From NCBI GenBank assembly GCA_964458565.1, contig CAYWJO010000003.1:78675-142674 (forward strand): a stretch of DNA of 64,000 nt, given 5' to 3'. The notes beneath the pieces are model-generated. The model saw nothing but the letters and a program-made list of their open reading frames with translations. It did no database searches and was not told the DNA's origin. The position numbers and the translations under genes are program-made. Shown one piece after another: positions 9,490 to 18,040 of the stretch (its first letter is position 1; every line of letters begins with the position of its first letter). This DNA is from an uncultured archaeon (lineage in GTDB: Archaea; Asgardarchaeota; Thorarchaeia; Thorarchaeales; Thorarchaeaceae).

Positions 9490-11472
9490 TCAGTGAAGTC
9501 TACGCCAGAAGTAAAGGGTCCCGAGCCCTACAGGAATGAGTGTAAATAAGATTAACATTATAATAGTGTTGATCTTCGGATTGTGGTCAGGTCCATCGGG
9601 TTCTAGATCTATATCATTGTCTGGAACCAACGGATCCAAACCCTCTTGGAGCTCTAGCAGGTCTCGTAGTCCATCTTGATCCGTATCATCGTTCAACGCA
9701 TTCATTCCGAGCTGGTACTCCATAAAATCTGGCACACCATCATAATCTCCATCAACAGACCGTGGATCCGAACCATACAGATATTCCTGGATGTTTGTCA
9801 GATTGTCACCATCAAGATCAAGTGCTGAATCATTCAGTAGAGGATTTGTCTGGAATACCACTTCCCACTCATCTAGCATAGAATCCATATCTGTATCATT
9901 CAATCCTGGGTGAGTTCCAATCCGAATCTCTCGCTGGTTCAGGAGACCATCTGCATCTTTGTCCTCTCGAGCATCACGACGAAGGGGTTCAAGCCCATAG
10001 AGGACTTCATTGTTATCGCTCATACCATCTCGATCGGTGTCAGGATGAAACATGTCAGTATCATAAGCGAGTTCATCCATATCGCTCAAACCGTCATGAT
10101 CCCAGTCAAGAGGAGGGTCAGGATCGGGCCAATGGTATTGTTGAGAGTCGAGTATACCGTTTCCATCTGTATCAGAATTATAGAAGAGGTCCAATTCTAG
10201 TTTCACAGTCTCATTCCCTGAGTTTCTTGCATAGATTGCAATTTCTCCAATTCCGGTTGCATTCTCTGCAGTCAATGAAAAGTTATCGTCCTCAATAAGA
10301 GTCAGGGGAATCACTGGCGAGCTGGAATGTGTTATTCTAACAAGAATGCTTTCGTTTTTCGATACTGTACCATTTATTGTAAGTGTTTGTGAAATTGATA
10401 ACACTGCGCGAAGGTAATCAAACTCATTGGGTTGAAGAGTGACATACATTTTCTGATGTGTCGGTTCACCGTTACCCTGCATTGCGAGATATACAGCTGT
10501 AGCTGCCCCAGCTTTTGCAGCAATTAGAGCTTGGGTGTAATTATAATCAGCACTGCCAAGTGCATCTTGAGGTGGAAATTCAGGATCAGGTACCTGACCT
10601 TGATGAACATGAACAGCAGGAATTCCTGCAGCCCAATACTTCCAGTGGTCAGATTGAGTGTAAGCCTCATAAACAGAAGTAGCGATATTTAGTCCACTCT
10701 TCTTCATGAAGCTGACAAAGATGTCACCAAGATACTTGGACCGTTGGTAATTTAGACCTTCATCTATTTTATAGTCTACGTGTATCCTATCGGACTCGTC
10801 TTGGTTGGAGTCATAGAATAGAAGGTCAGCGAAATTATAATTAGCAATAACATCAATGCCTTGCGAATCAAAATAATCAACAATCTCCACAGATCCCCAC
10901 ATTGCCCGTAGACCTGTCAGAGCATCAAGTATCACCCAACTCCCTTGGTAAAAGCAATAGTAAATGTCAATCGGTAACCTGAACTGCGATACAGCTTCAG
11001 CAATTGTTGTCACAACTCCACATCCTATTGAATTAGAGTTAATTTGAGGACCTATGCTTTCTCTAGTATCTAAATTTGCTCCGAAGACAATTGCTCTGCT
11101 GTCGTTTCCATATCCTGGCTGATATGCAACTATAGATTCATGGTTACCAAAATATGCTGCAGTTAGACCCATTCCTTCAAGCTGTTCAATAAGATAATCT
11201 CCAGCCGCATAATAATCTGAGCTTGGACCATACCGATTAGGGAAGGAAGCCACCATGCTGAACGGAGTAAGCAAATCTCCAATGTCAATTGAATCCCATG
11301 CGATATCCCACCAGTTGAGATTGTTCAACGATGAATAATTGATATTTGTTCCACCAGTTCCCCCACCATTGTCATCAGTATCAGGGGGAAAAATTGATGG
11401 ATATAGCAACCAGAGTGCTCCTGATGCGACAACAATAATTAAAGCAATTGCAGCTAACCTTCGTCGATTCAT
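9490..11472 (-). CDS. membrane-anchored protein with M28-peptidase-like domain (probably non-catalytic) and a C-terminal array of DxDxDG calcium-binding (TSP3/dockerin-like) repeats
   Basis: 660 aa with an N-terminal signal anchor and a C-terminal TM helix (LILFTLIPVGLGTLYFW). The M28-like scaffold shows motifs WG[A/S][E/V]E and SDHWKYW. About 7 repeats of DxDxDG-h-x-D-x-x-E. Tandem paralog of 11594..13603. Confidence 0.6.
   Translation of the reverse strand: MNRRRLAAIALIIVVASGALWLLYPSIFPPDTDDNGGGTGGTNINYSSLNNLNWWDIAWDSIDIGDLLTPFSMVASFPNRYGPSSDYYAAGDYLIEQLEGMGLTAAYFGNHESIVAYQPGYGNDSRAIVFGANLDTRESIGPQINSNSIGCGVVTTIAEAVSQFRLPIDIYYCFYQGSWVILDALTGLRAMWGSVEIVDYFDSQGIDVIANYNFADLLFYDSNQDESDRIHVDYKIDEGLNYQRSKYLGDIFVSFMKKSGLNIATSVYEAYTQSDHWKYWAAGIPAVHVHQGQVPDPEFPPQDALGSADYNYTQALIAAKAGAATAVYLAMQGNGEPTHQKMYVTLQPNEFDYLRAVLSISQTLTINGTVSKNESILVRITHSSSPVIPLTLIEDDNFSLTAENATGIGEIAIYARNSGNETVKLELDLFYNSDTDGNGILDSQQYHWPDPDPPLDWDHDGLSDMDELAYDTDMFHPDTDRDGMSDNNEVLYGLEPLRRDAREDKDADGLLNQREIRIGTHPGLNDTDMDSMLDEWEVVFQTNPLLNDSALDLDGDNLTNIQEYLYGSDPRSVDGDYDGVPDFMEYQLGMNALNDDTDQDGLRDLLELQEGLDPLVPDNDIDLEPDGPDHNPKINTIIMLILFTLIPVGLGTLYFWRRLH
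9671..10140. repeat. copy A of an about 460-bp identical tract shared by the two tandem paralogs (copy B at 11779..12245)
   Basis: Direct reading of both regions shows base-for-base identity. The plus-strand shadow ORFs 9910..10200 and 12017..12358 translate to the same 72 aa. The offset between copies is 2108 bp. Confidence 0.85.
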
Positions 11473-11593
11473 TTGAAAGAGTCCTCAATGGTGGTTTTCG
11501 CTAAGAATGTCCGATAGTGACTCACATAAATATGCGCCGAAAGGAGCACAAGTTTCATTGATAATACTTCCTTTTTTCCAAGCAAAAATTCTT

Positions 11594-13603
11594 CTATTGT
11601 CGAACACGGCGCCAGAAAATAAAGGTGCCAATACTCACAGGTACTAACGAAACCAGAACCAGAACTAGTAGTGTATTGACTCTTGGATTATGATCAAATC
11701 CATCGATTTCGAAATCAATGTCAGAATCCGCAACTAGAGGGTCTAACCCTTCCTGTAATTCGATAAGGTCTCTTAATCCATCTTGATCCGTATCATCGTT
11801 CAACGCATTCATTCCGAGCTGGTACTCCATAAAATCTGGCACACCATCATAATCTCCATCAACAGACCGTGGATCCGAACCATACAGATATTCCTGGATG
11901 TTTGTCAGATTGTCACCATCAAGATCAAGTGCTGAATCATTCAGTAGAGGATTTGTCTGGAATACCACTTCCCACTCATCTAGCATAGAATCCATATCTG
12001 TATCATTCAATCCTGGGTGAGTTCCAATCCGAATCTCTCGCTGGTTCAGGAGACCATCTGCATCTTTGTCCTCTCGAGCATCACGACGAAGGGGTTCAAG
12101 CCCATAGAGGACTTCATTGTTATCGCTCATACCATCTCGATCGGTGTCAGGATGAAACATGTCAGTATCATAAGCGAGTTCATCCATATCGCTCAAACCG
12201 TCATGATCCCAGTCAAGAGGAGGGTCAGGATCAGGCCAATGATATTGCTCAGAGTCGGATATTCCATTTCCATCAAGATCAGATTCGTAGAAGACATTAA
12301 GTCTAAGTTGTACAGCATCATTACCCTGATTGATCACTTTAATCAGAAGAGGACCTAGTGTTACGTTGATTGAGCTACCAAGTGTGAAGTTTATGTCCGT
12401 GATCAATGTTGAGTTAAGAATCATGGTTCCGGATTGGGAAATCTGTACATACACACTCTGGTTATCTGAAACAATTCCCTCTAATCTCAACCGCTGGGGA
12501 ATCGATGTTACCATACGGAGAATCTCAACATCTCCAGCGTCCATATCATAATACATCTTTTGTCGAGAGATTTCACCATTACCTTTCATACCCAGATAAA
12601 CTGCAGTTGCAGCAGCTGCCTTTGCAGCGATGATAGCTTGAGTATAGTTATAGTTGGGGGTACCAAATGAATCTACGACCGTGAAATCTTCATCACGTAT
12701 CTGTCCCTCATGTATATACAACGCAGGATATCCAGAGTCCCAGAACTTCCAATGATCAGATTGTGAGAACTCGTTTTGAACTGCAGTAGCTATATTCAGA
12801 CCGGATTTTTTCATAAAAGATACAAAGATGTCAGCGATGTATTTTGTCTCATAGTAACCATGTGTGGCAAGGTTTCGATAATCTACATGAATTCTATCCT
12901 CTTCGTTCTGTAGCGGATCTCTAAACAACATCTCAGCAAAATTAAAGGACGCAATAACGTCTATCTGCTCCTCCTGAAAATAAGTCGTGATTTCTTCTGC
13001 ACCCCATAATCCTCGGATGATATTATTGAAGTCGGCACCTTCTATAACCCAGCTACCTTGATAGAAACAATAGTAGACATCAACAGGTAATCTGAATTGT
13101 GAGATTGAAGATGCTATTGCTGTCACAACACTGCATCCAATCGCATTCCGATTGATTTGAGGACCACCTGACTGCTGTGTATCTATATGAGCTCCAAAGA
13201 CAATGGCTCTGCTATCATTAGCATAACCAGGTTGAAATGCAACAACAGATTCGTAATTACCAAAGTAAGATACTATCAGACCCATTCCTTGTAAGCGGTC
13301 AATAAGATATTCACTAGATTCATAAAAATCAGAAGATAGACCATAACGATTAGGATAGGCTGCAACTGCCACAAGGGGATCAAATATATCACCATATTCG
13401 ATGAAGTCCCAAGCCATATCCCACCAATTGAGATTATTAAGATCAGAATAGTTCACAGTTCGCTCATTTTCATTTTCACTGTCTTTATCGAGGTCATCAG
13501 ATAGTAGATTTGGATAGAATACCCAGAATGTTGCTGTAGACACTATAACAACGATTGCGACGATGGAAAACAATCTTCGACGGTTCAATATACTAGACCT
13601 CAA
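11594..13603 (-). CDS. membrane-anchored protein with M28-peptidase-like domain and DxDxDG calcium-binding repeat array (paralog of the downstream gene)
   Basis: 669 aa. GAHIDT (HxD), WGAEE and SDHWKFW match M28 metal-ligand motifs. The GxDDxSG motif is replaced by NAIGCS. C-terminal about 215 aa is identical to the paralog. Ends in a C-terminal TM helix. Confidence 0.6.
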   Translation of the reverse strand: MRSSILNRRRLFSIVAIVVIVSTATFWVFYPNLLSDDLDKDSENENERTVNYSDLNNLNWWDMAWDFIEYGDIFDPLVAVAAYPNRYGLSSDFYESSEYLIDRLQGMGLIVSYFGNYESVVAFQPGYANDSRAIVFGAHIDTQQSGGPQINRNAIGCSVVTAIASSISQFRLPVDVYYCFYQGSWVIEGADFNNIIRGLWGAEEITTYFQEEQIDVIASFNFAEMLFRDPLQNEEDRIHVDYRNLATHGYYETKYIADIFVSFMKKSGLNIATAVQNEFSQSDHWKFWDSGYPALYIHEGQIRDEDFTVVDSFGTPNYNYTQAIIAAKAAAATAVYLGMKGNGEISRQKMYYDMDAGDVEILRMVTSIPQRLRLEGIVSDNQSVYVQISQSGTMILNSTLITDINFTLGSSINVTLGPLLIKVINQGNDAVQLRLNVFYESDLDGNGISDSEQYHWPDPDPPLDWDHDGLSDMDELAYDTDMFHPDTDRDGMSDNNEVLYGLEPLRRDAREDKDADGLLNQREIRIGTHPGLNDTDMDSMLDEWEVVFQTNPLLNDSALDLDGDNLTNIQEYLYGSDPRSVDGDYDGVPDFMEYQLGMNALNDDTDQDGLRDLIELQEGLDPLVADSDIDFEIDGFDHNPRVNTLLVLVLVSLVPVSIGTFIFWRRVRQ
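11779..12245. repeat. copy B of the about 460-bp identical tract
   Basis: See copy A. Identity breaks at the 5' side (protein C-terminal flank) near 11779 and at about 12236 (gggccaatggtattg versus aggccaatgatattg). Confidence 0.85.
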
Positions 13604-13706
13604 CTTTCAGTGGAAATGAATCAGATTGGTCAGGAATTGCATAAATATGAGCTGAACAGCGTAACATTACAAAATCACTAATTCTAGGAATGTGAAAAAA
13701 AGTGCG

Positions 13707-13718
13707 ACTTGGCCAAGT
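13707..13718. promoter_or_regulatory. perfect 12-bp palindrome ACTTGGCCAAGT in a divergent intergenic region, followed by AT-rich TATA-like sequence upstream of the glcF-like gene
   Basis: Read directly; the sequence is its own reverse complement. It lies 57 bp upstream of the ATG at 13775 and precedes TAATAAAGAATAAT. Confidence 0.35.
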
Positions 13719-13774
13719 TAATAAAGAATAATGCAAGTTGAATAATATTCTACGACAATGCACCTGAACACGGA

Positions 13775-14896
13775 GTGAAACCAATGCTAGAAGACAAATG
13801 TGTACGATGTGGATCTTGTGTGAAATTTTGCCCGATGTTCGATGCGATCGGAGAGGAGCAATATTCGCCGAGAGGAAAAATATACCTTCTTCAAGTGATG
13901 GATTTAATTGAGGACGACGAGGAATTGGCTAAGGAATTCAGGAAAGTTCTCTTTGAATGTACCATGTGTGGTCGATGCTCAGAGATTTGCGCATCTGATG
14001 TGGATTTATTGAGGATTTGGCATGAACAGAGATTGAAGGCATTTGAAACCGCTCCGGATGAATTTGAATACCTTGAATCATTAAGAAATTCTATTGCCAA
14101 TGTTAGAAACATCTATGGACTTCCTATGGATGATAGGGCAATATATTGGGCGGATGAGATCGAGCAGGATATTCCAGAAATTGAAGATAAAATATACGAG
14201 AGAGGGAAGACCGCAGATGTTGCAGTCTTTCTCGGTTGCTTAATGTCTTTCAGAAGCACTCAGATTGATGTAGTAAGGACAATGATTCAGGGATTAGAGA
14301 GGGCAGGAATCAATTATCTTGTCATGGGAGCTGAAGAATTCTGCTGTGGGCATCCATTAGATCTTATGGGAGATGAGAAAGGGGCTGAGGAACTTAGAGA
14401 ACATAACAAGGGAATCCTGAAGGATATGGGTGCGAAGAAGGTTGTTACGGCATGCCCGGGATGTCTATATCAATTGAAGAACAATCACAAAGTTGAAGGC
14501 ATTGAAGCCCTCCATCATACTCAACTATTTGATCGTCATTATGAGAGCCTACCTACTCTTACATTATCAGATGATTTCGTGTATCATGATCCGTGCGAAC
14601 TTCATCGATTATGTGACGTCAAAGTCGAACCTCGTTCTCTACTAGCAAAAATGGGAGTTAATTATAGAGACCTAGAAGTTAGTTGTTGTGGAGGTGGTGG
14701 ACTTCTTCGAATGACAGACCCAGAAGTCAGTGACAAGATAATTGAACTTCGCAAACAAAAGGAAAGGCTTGCAAATACAACTGTGATAACTGCATGTCCA
14801 GCTTGCAGAGAACAACTCCTCAATGCAGAGATTGCCACTGTCGACATCTCAGAACTCCTAGAGTACAATCTTCGAACTGAGGAGGAAAATACATGA
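13775..14896 (+). CDS. Fe-S oxidoreductase with two 4Fe-4S ferredoxin motifs and two CCG domains (GlcF/GlpC/HdrD-like)
   Basis: 373 aa. CxxCxxCxxxCP motifs occur twice in the N-terminal half. Two cysteine-rich CCG domains (CCGHP...CPGC; CCGGGG...CPAC). This is the architecture of glycolate oxidase Fe-S subunit GlcF. Confidence 0.75.
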   Translation: MKPMLEDKCVRCGSCVKFCPMFDAIGEEQYSPRGKIYLLQVMDLIEDDEELAKEFRKVLFECTMCGRCSEICASDVDLLRIWHEQRLKAFETAPDEFEYLESLRNSIANVRNIYGLPMDDRAIYWADEIEQDIPEIEDKIYERGKTADVAVFLGCLMSFRSTQIDVVRTMIQGLERAGINYLVMGAEEFCCGHPLDLMGDEKGAEELREHNKGILKDMGAKKVVTACPGCLYQLKNNHKVEGIEALHHTQLFDRHYESLPTLTLSDDFVYHDPCELHRLCDVKVEPRSLLAKMGVNYRDLEVSCCGGGGLLRMTDPEVSDKIIELRKQKERLANTTVITACPACREQLLNAEIATVDISELLEYNLRTEEENT

Positions 14897-16233
14897 AACT
14901 GAAAGACATAGCAGCAGCTGCTAATGCCTCGATGTATCATAGACCGGACTTCAAGAAAATTAAGGGAGCATTTTATCCTCGAAATGAAGATGAACTAGCT
15001 GAGGCTGTAAAAAGAGCTAGAGAGGGGGGGTATGAAATCACACCAAAGGGTGGAGGCTCAGGACTAAGCGCAGGATGTACTGGAGGCAATGCAGAACGGG
15101 TAATTGTGAGTAGTCTAAAAATGGACAAAGTATTATCAATCTCATTGGAAGAAGGTCATGCTGATGTCCAAGCGGGAATTACACCAGTTCAGTTAAACGA
15201 TATACTCGCAACCATGAGTATGAAATTTCTAGTAACACCAAGTAGCAGAGATATCGCTACTATCGGTGGACTTATGGGAACTGATGGAGGTGGGAACGAT
15301 ACATGGGCAAATGGGACAATGCGGGATAATACCCTTCATGCAAAGGTAATTCTATACGATGGTACAAAGTTGAAAGTCGGATGGGATGGAGTCGAGTGTG
15401 AAAATGAAGTCCTTGAAGCGGCATTGAACAAGAAGGGGATGAACCTTAATGACTTAGCAAGTTCGCATGGAACAATAGGTTTTGTTTCAGAGCTCAGGGT
15501 CAAGATTAAGCCACTTCCAAGGAAGAGACTCTTGGGGGGATTAGCAGAATATGAGAATGCTAATGTCCTTGGAGAGGTATTGACTACGATGATAGAAGAG
15601 AAATGTCCTATCACTTATGGTGAGGCGATTGTCGAAGCACATCCTGATGTGAGGGGTGATCTCAAACCACCACTACTAATTCTGGAATTTCCGTTCGACT
15701 ATTCGTGTGATTTGAGAGAAATCACTCATTTTGAACCATTGACAAAGACAGAACTTAATCGAATGAAGGAGATACGACTCAAACTTCCAAAGCGGAATCC
15801 GAAGGATGGAGTTCAAGTGGCTCTCTTTGAAGGGTATGGATTCCATGGAGAAAATTTATTGAATATGCAAGAAGGGATCTCAGAGATAAATTCACTATTG
15901 CAGCAACATGATTTTGTACCCTTCGCAAAGTCAGGTCATGCCCCTAGCAAATGGTACTTGGGAGATAATCATCCTGCATATGGAATAGTCATGCACTCCA
16001 GAGAGATCCGTCCGCAGAACAAATCGGGAGTGGAAATTTACAAAACTGTTGAAGCATTAGTCGCAAAATGTCAAGAGCTCGGTATCACTCCTAAACCTGA
16101 ACACAAATGGCCTTTTGCGGATGAGGTCAAGAAGGCAAGGCTACAAGAACTTCGTATGATTCTAGGTGAAAGAATGAACTCATTTATTTTTGAACCCAAT
16201 TGTGCTTCGGAAACCCTTGCATCCATGGTTTAG
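14893..16233 (+). CDS. FAD-linked oxidase (GlcD / D-lactate dehydrogenase-like, FAD_binding_4)
   Basis: 446 aa, ATGA-coupled to the upstream Fe-S subunit. FAD-binding PCMH-type domain motifs (ITPKGGGSGLS, TIGGLMGTDGGG). Confidence 0.7.
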   Translation: MKLKDIAAAANASMYHRPDFKKIKGAFYPRNEDELAEAVKRAREGGYEITPKGGGSGLSAGCTGGNAERVIVSSLKMDKVLSISLEEGHADVQAGITPVQLNDILATMSMKFLVTPSSRDIATIGGLMGTDGGGNDTWANGTMRDNTLHAKVILYDGTKLKVGWDGVECENEVLEAALNKKGMNLNDLASSHGTIGFVSELRVKIKPLPRKRLLGGLAEYENANVLGEVLTTMIEEKCPITYGEAIVEAHPDVRGDLKPPLLILEFPFDYSCDLREITHFEPLTKTELNRMKEIRLKLPKRNPKDGVQVALFEGYGFHGENLLNMQEGISEINSLLQQHDFVPFAKSGHAPSKWYLGDNHPAYGIVMHSREIRPQNKSGVEIYKTVEALVAKCQELGITPKPEHKWPFADEVKKARLQELRMILGERMNSFIFEPNCASETLASMV

Positions 16234-16253
16234 TGTGCAAGCATGGTTGTGTT

Positions 16254-16808
16254 TCAATAATAAGTCCGTTTTGGCTTGGATAAGTTATGTTTCCGGACCT
16301 TTCTCCCAAAGATAAGTCCTGCAGTAGTAGCAATCAAGCCTCCCAATACGCCAGGGATAATTATTGGTAGAGTATCTGGACCGACACCACCCGCCATACT
16401 TGCACCAACAAACGCAATAACAATCGCAAGCGGACCTAGAAGGCCGCAATAGCAAGCAGCTTCATATTCCCCGGTTTTTTGAGAATATATGTCATGCCCA
16501 TATGCATCCTTTGCATAGATTGGAACCATGGTTCCTCTGTAAGCAAATATCGCTGCAGCTATAAAGAAGACTCCGAATACACCACCAATTAAAGCGAGAA
16601 TGCTGTTTTGATAGAACATGAGAGATATGCCAACTTCAGCGAAGCCAATTATTCCCGCTATCCCAAATAAATTTCCAGCAGTTCGAGATGTTACACCCAA
16701 TACTAATGCCTCCTTAATTACGAATAGCAATTGTGTCAGTAGCAGAGCCTTGATATCTACTTTATCATTTTTATTTTGTGTGAAGATTGGAAGAATACTT
16801 TCAGTCAT
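16254..16808 (-). CDS. small polytopic membrane protein
   Basis: 184 aa, Gly/Ala-rich, with 4-5 hydrophobic helices. Confidence 0.45.
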   Translation of the reverse strand: MTESILPIFTQNKNDKVDIKALLLTQLLFVIKEALVLGVTSRTAGNLFGIAGIIGFAEVGISLMFYQNSILALIGGVFGVFFIAAAIFAYRGTMVPIYAKDAYGHDIYSQKTGEYEAACYCGLLGPLAIVIAFVGASMAGGVGPDTLPIIIPGVLGGLIATTAGLIFGRKVRKHNLSKPKRTYY

Positions 16809-16820
16809 CCCTCTCTGTAG

Positions 16821-17996
16821 GTGCTTAAATACCCTTTACGAGACAAAAAGATGATAGAAATGGTTAAGCCGCACCGCAGTCCGAAAGGACTCTTTGACCC
16901 TTACTATGTACCAGAGAATATCCTACACAGGGATAGAGAACTCGATCAGATTGAAGGAGTCTATTCTGACTCTTATGAGAGCGAATACGGTGTGAACTGT
17001 CTTGTTCACGGAATATCTGGAGTGGGGGCTACTGTGTTTTCAAGGTATTTTCTGACAAAGATAGTACCTCAGCAATTTGAAGCTCATACAATCTATGTGG
17101 ACGCAAAGAGAAAAAGTCCTACTGAGATTGTGAGCGAGCTGAATGATAAGATTCACAGGTTGGCAAACAGACCTATTACCGTAGCATTCGATCTTGATGT
17201 TCTTTGGATGCAATTCAAGAGAACCGCCAGTGATACTTCCAAGAGGACTGTATTTGTTCTTGATAATGTTAATGAGAACAACGAGGAAATCTACACGAAG
17301 GTAGCACAACTCTCTAAGGAGATCAAAGCCAGCACAATCGGTGTGCTGAATAGTCACGATTACAGAATGCTGACGAAGGGCATGGCTACACAGATGGCAT
17401 ATGACTTTGAAATTCCACTTGACACATACACTCAATCCCAGCTTTATGAGATTATTAGAATGCGCGTAGAAGATACCTTTCCTTTGGGACTTACTGATGA
17501 GGTCATACGATACATCACAGATATCGTGCTTGAGTTTGATGCAGGAAAACCAAAGACCTCAATTGAAGCATTGAAAGCTCTCTGGCCTTTAGCACAGAAA
17601 GGAAAAGAGATTGACTCGGATATTGTAAGAGGTGCTACATCCAAGATTACATCATTCATTCAAGATCAGGATTACATGGATATTGTTGAAACCATAAGCA
17701 TGAACGACTTCATGACTCTGCTGGTTCTAGAAGCAATGAGCGAACATCTCATGCGATACAAGACAGAAACCTACATTGATAGGCAGACGTTGAATGAGCT
17801 CGTGATTATCAAGTTTGAAGAGCTTCAGGTCCGCTATTCCAATGAAGATATCGAGAGAAGCCTGCAGACTCTTATTTTTCAAAGCATTATCTTTGAATCA
17901 GGGTATTCGAGGAATCTCCTTTATGTTTTGGTACCACCTGAAATTCTTCACGATACCTCGCTCAGTTTAAGACGTGAATTAGCTCGCAGGAAGTGA
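16821..17996 (+). CDS. Orc1/Cdc6-like AAA+ protein with degenerate Walker A/B (probable pseudo-ATPase)
   Basis: 391 aa. N-terminus YVPENILHRDRELDQIEG matches the Orc1/Cdc6 lead-in. Walker A position reads GISGVGAT (Lys replaced by Ala). Walker B reads VFVLDNVNE (DE changed to DN). Sensor-1-like VLNSHD is present. The C-terminal region is winged-helix-like. Confidence 0.5.
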   Translation: MLKYPLRDKKMIEMVKPHRSPKGLFDPYYVPENILHRDRELDQIEGVYSDSYESEYGVNCLVHGISGVGATVFSRYFLTKIVPQQFEAHTIYVDAKRKSPTEIVSELNDKIHRLANRPITVAFDLDVLWMQFKRTASDTSKRTVFVLDNVNENNEEIYTKVAQLSKEIKASTIGVLNSHDYRMLTKGMATQMAYDFEIPLDTYTQSQLYEIIRMRVEDTFPLGLTDEVIRYITDIVLEFDAGKPKTSIEALKALWPLAQKGKEIDSDIVRGATSKITSFIQDQDYMDIVETISMNDFMTLLVLEAMSEHLMRYKTETYIDRQTLNELVIIKFEELQVRYSNEDIERSLQTLIFQSIIFESGYSRNLLYVLVPPEILHDTSLSLRRELARRK

Positions 17997-18040
17997 TCCA
18001 CTCTTTTGCGGTACAAGAATAGGGTTTTGTGTCCCCTATT

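Noticed and set aside
9910-10200. Plus-strand ORFs 9910..10200 and 12017..12358 with identical translations (MSSNPNLSLVQETICIF...)
   Set aside because: They lie antisense within the two M28/Ca-repeat genes and are identical only because they fall inside the nucleotide-identical ~460-bp tract. No independent coding signal, so treated as shadow ORFs.
9490-13603. Possibility that the duplicated M28/Ca-repeat genes are a mobile element or assembly artefact
   Set aside because: No transposase, integrase or terminal inverted repeats flank them. The N-terminal two-thirds are clearly diverged paralogs (not collapsed duplicates), and only the 3' tract is identical. Assembly error cannot be fully excluded without reads.
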